This document shows, in pieces, positions 61,101 through 64,000 of a DNA stretch of 64,000 bases. The notes under the pieces were generated by a model. It was given only the letters and a program-made list of their open reading frames with translations, was not told the DNA's origin and did no database searches. Numbering within the stretch: position 1 is the first letter of the stretch; every line of letters starts with the position of its first letter. Source of the stretch: Mobula hypostoma. Taxonomy: Eukaryota. The translations under genes were made by a program, and so were the position numbers. Location of the stretch: the NCBI RefSeq assembly GCF_963921235.1, contig NC_086097.1, positions 104,782,001-104,846,000 on the forward strand. Direction: 5' to 3'.

Positions 61101-64000
61101 TAAAATGTATTCCCCATACGGTGCCTGTAAAATGTCCCCCCCTCGTACACTGTAACACGTATCCCTCCCCCCGTACAGTGTCTGTGAAATGTCCTCACAC
61201 CTGTACAGTGCCTGTAAAATGTCTCCACACCTGTACCATGATTGTAAAATGCCCCCCCCCCCATGCTGTGCCTGTAAAATGTCGGCCCCGTACAATGCCT
61301 CTAAACTGTATCGCCCTCATACAGTGCCTCTAAGCTGTATTTCCTGCCTGATAGTGCCTGTAGGATGTTCCCGCTGGTACAGTGCCTGTAAAATATCCCC
61401 CCATACACTGCCTGTACAAATGCCCCCCCCCCCACAGTACAGTGCCTATAAAATGTCTGTGCCACTGTACGGTGCCTGTAAAATGTATTCTTCCCCCATA
61501 CAATGCCTGTAAAATGTATTCTCCCCCATACACTGCCTGTAACATGTATCCCCCGCTTATAATGCCTGTAAAACGTCCCCCGTACAGTGCCAGTAAAACA
61601 TCCTACCGTACGGTGCCTGTAAAATGTATCTCCCCTGTGCGGTGCCTGCAAAATGTATTCCCTCCCCCCCCCCCCCGCCCCGGTGTTGTCCCTGTAAAAT
61701 GTATCTCCCCCCACCCCCTGTACGGTCCCTGTAAAATGTATCTACCCTGTACGGTAGATGTAAAATGTAAAATGTGTTCCTCCCCCCCTGAACAGTGCCT
61801 GTAAAATGTATCCACACCTGTACAGTGCCTGTAAAATGTACCCTAGTACAGTTCCTATAAAATGTATTCCCCCCCACACCCCCGTACAGTGCCTGTAAAA
61901 TGTCTCCCTGTACAGTGCCTCTTAGGTATGTCCCCCCAGTACAGTCCCTGTAAAATGTATTTCCCTCCTGTACAGTGCCTGTAAAATGTGCCCACCGTAC
62001 ATTGCCTGTAACATGTATCTCCCGTATATTGCCTGTAACACGTAACCCCTCCATTCAGTGCCTATAAAATGTACCCCCCCATGCAGTACCTGTAAAATGT
62101 CCCCCCCATGCAGTACCTGTAAAATCTCCCCCCGTACAGAGTCTGTGAAATGTCCCCACACCTGTACAGTGCCTGTAAAATGTCTCTATACCTGTACAGT
62201 GCCTGTAAAATGTCCCCCCGTACAGTGCTTGTAAAATTTTCCCAGTATAGTGCCTGTAAAATGTACTCCAGTACAGTGCCTATAAAATGTATTCCCCCAC
62301 CCTCCCCATGGTGCCTGTAAAATGTCCCCATACACGTACAGTGCCTGAAAAAAGTCTCCCTGTACAGTGCCTCTTAGCTGTATCCCTCCGTACAGGGCCT
62401 CTAAACTGTATCCCCACTGTACACCACCTGTAAAATTCACCCCCCAGTACAGTCCCTGTAAAATGTATTTCTCTCCCGTACAGTGCCTGTAAAATGTGTC
62501 CCCCGTGCATTGCCTGTAACATGTATCTCCCCCTGTACAGTGCCTGAAGACATCCCCCCCATACAGTGCCTCTAAACTGTATCCCCACCTGAGAGTGCCT
62601 GTAAAATGTTCCTGCCCGTACAGTGCCTGTAAAATGTATCCCCTGTACATTGCCTGTAACATGTAACCCCTCCATACAGTGCCTGTAAAATGTCCCCCCC
62701 GTACACTGTGTCTAACACGTATTCCCCCCGTACAGTGTCTGTAAAATGACCCCCTGTACAGTGCCTGTAAAATGTCTTCTCCGTACAGTGCCTGTAAAAT
62801 TTCTTCCCCGTACAGTGCCTGTAAAATGCATTGACCCTGTACAGTGCCTGTAAAATGCATTGACCCCGTATAGTGCTTGTAAAATGCATTCTCTTTGTAC
62901 ACTGCCTGTAACATGTATACCCAGCTTACAGTGCCTGTAAAATGTCCCCCCGTGCAGTGCTTGTACAATGTGCTCCCATACAGTGCCTGTAACACGTATC
63001 CCCCGTACAGTGTCTGTGAAATGTCCCCACACCTGTACAGTGCCTGTAAAATGTCCCCACACCTGCACAGTGCCTGTAAAATGTCTCCCCGTACAGTACC
63101 TGTAAAATGTACCCCAGTACAATATCTACAAATGTATTCCCCCCCACACCTCCGTACACTGCCTGTAAAATGTCTCCCTGTACAGTGCCTCTAAACTGTA
63201 TCCCCACCTGGGAGTGCCTGTAAAATGTATCCGCCCGTACAGTGCCGGTAAAATGTATCCCCCCGTACATTGCCTGTAAAATATACCCCCCAGTATATTG
63301 CCTGTAAAATGTACCCCCCCCCCGTACAGTGCCTGTAAAATGCATTCCCCCCAGACAGTGCCTGTATAATGCATTCCCCTGTACGGTGCCTGTAAAATGC
63401 CTTGACCCCATACAGTGCTTGTAAAATGCATTCCCTTTGTACACTGCTTGTACCATGTATACCCTGCTTACAGTGCCTGTAAAATGTTCCCCTGTGCAGT
63501 ACTTGTAAAATGCATTCCCCTTGTACAGTGCCTGTAAAATGTATTCCTCCCCTGTACAGCGCCAGTAAAATGTGTTCCCCCCCCCACACACACTGCCTGT
63601 GACATGTATACCCTGCTTACAGTGCCTGTAAAATGTCCCCATACCTGTACAGTGCCTGTAAAACGTCTCCCTGTACAGTGTCTCCTAGCTGTATCCCCCT
63701 GTACAGGGCCTCTAAACTGTATCCCCCCTGTACACCCCCTGTAAAATTCCCCCCCCCGTACAGTCCCTGTAAAATATATTTCCCTCCCGTACAGTGCCTG
63801 TAAAATGTACCCCAGTACGGTACCTATAAAATGTATTGCCCCACCCCCCACATGGTGCATGTAAAATGTCCCCGTACCTGTACAGTGCCTCTTAGCTGTA
63901 TCCACCCGTACAGGGCCTCTAAACTGTATCCCCCCCCCCATACAGTTCCTGTAAAATGTATTTCCCTCCCGTACAGTGCCTGTAAAATGTGTCCCCCGTA

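Larger units (their letters stand above)
48087..64000 (+). repeat. Tandem satellite, ~29-bp unit GTACAGTGCCTGTAAAATGT(AT)-C run, with patchy higher-order structure, running off the window end
   Basis: Continuous head-to-tail units interrupted only at 51054-52983 and 54967-55174. Roughly 470 units estimated from length divided by unit size. Confidence 0.97.

Noticed and set aside
47717..63941. Many long ORFs (HFTGTV, ILQALY, TFYRHC, VPVKC repeats)
   Set aside because: They are translations of the satellite unit in several frames and on both strands, with no evidence of coding.
48087..64000. CRISPR-like look (constant core plus variable linker)
   Set aside because: Linkers are 6-12-nt C-rich variants of one another rather than unique spacers, there are no cas genes, and the context is a vertebrate intron.
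48100..64000. CAGTGC in each unit resembles the iron-responsive-element loop
   Set aside because: The flanking 5 nt do not pair to form the IRE upper stem, and the sequence is intronic.

Overview
Vertebrate intronic DNA, most likely from a cartilaginous fish (probably a ray, inferred from the repeat families). The window holds three internal coding exons of RTF1 (Paf1 complex) on the + strand at 2820-2930, 30320-30467 and 47214-47418. They have canonical splice sites and compatible phases and are separated by introns of ~27 kb, ~17 kb and >16 kb. The introns are almost all nested transposon debris: many CR1 LINEs, a full-length RTE LINE carrying three solo LTRs (two form an ~850-bp inverted repeat), two more solo LTRs, Rex1/Babar and Penelope fragments, a tRNA-derived SINE with a BovB-like tail, a hAT-Charlie transposon with TIRs and TSD, a Tc1-type MITE and a Tx1/L1 fragment. 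The last ~16 kb is a tandem satellite of ~29-bp units. Best observation: the satellite unit (TACAGTGCCTGTAAAATGTAT-C run) nearly matches TA plus the terminal inverted repeat of the Tc1 MITE at 31684-31889, so it looks like an array of several hundred amplified Tc1 ends. Second: a palindromic Penelope-derived insert at ~31015-31253 carries two back-to-back minimal hammerhead ribozyme cores. Edges of degraded repeats are approximate, and family names come from motif recognition, not database searches.
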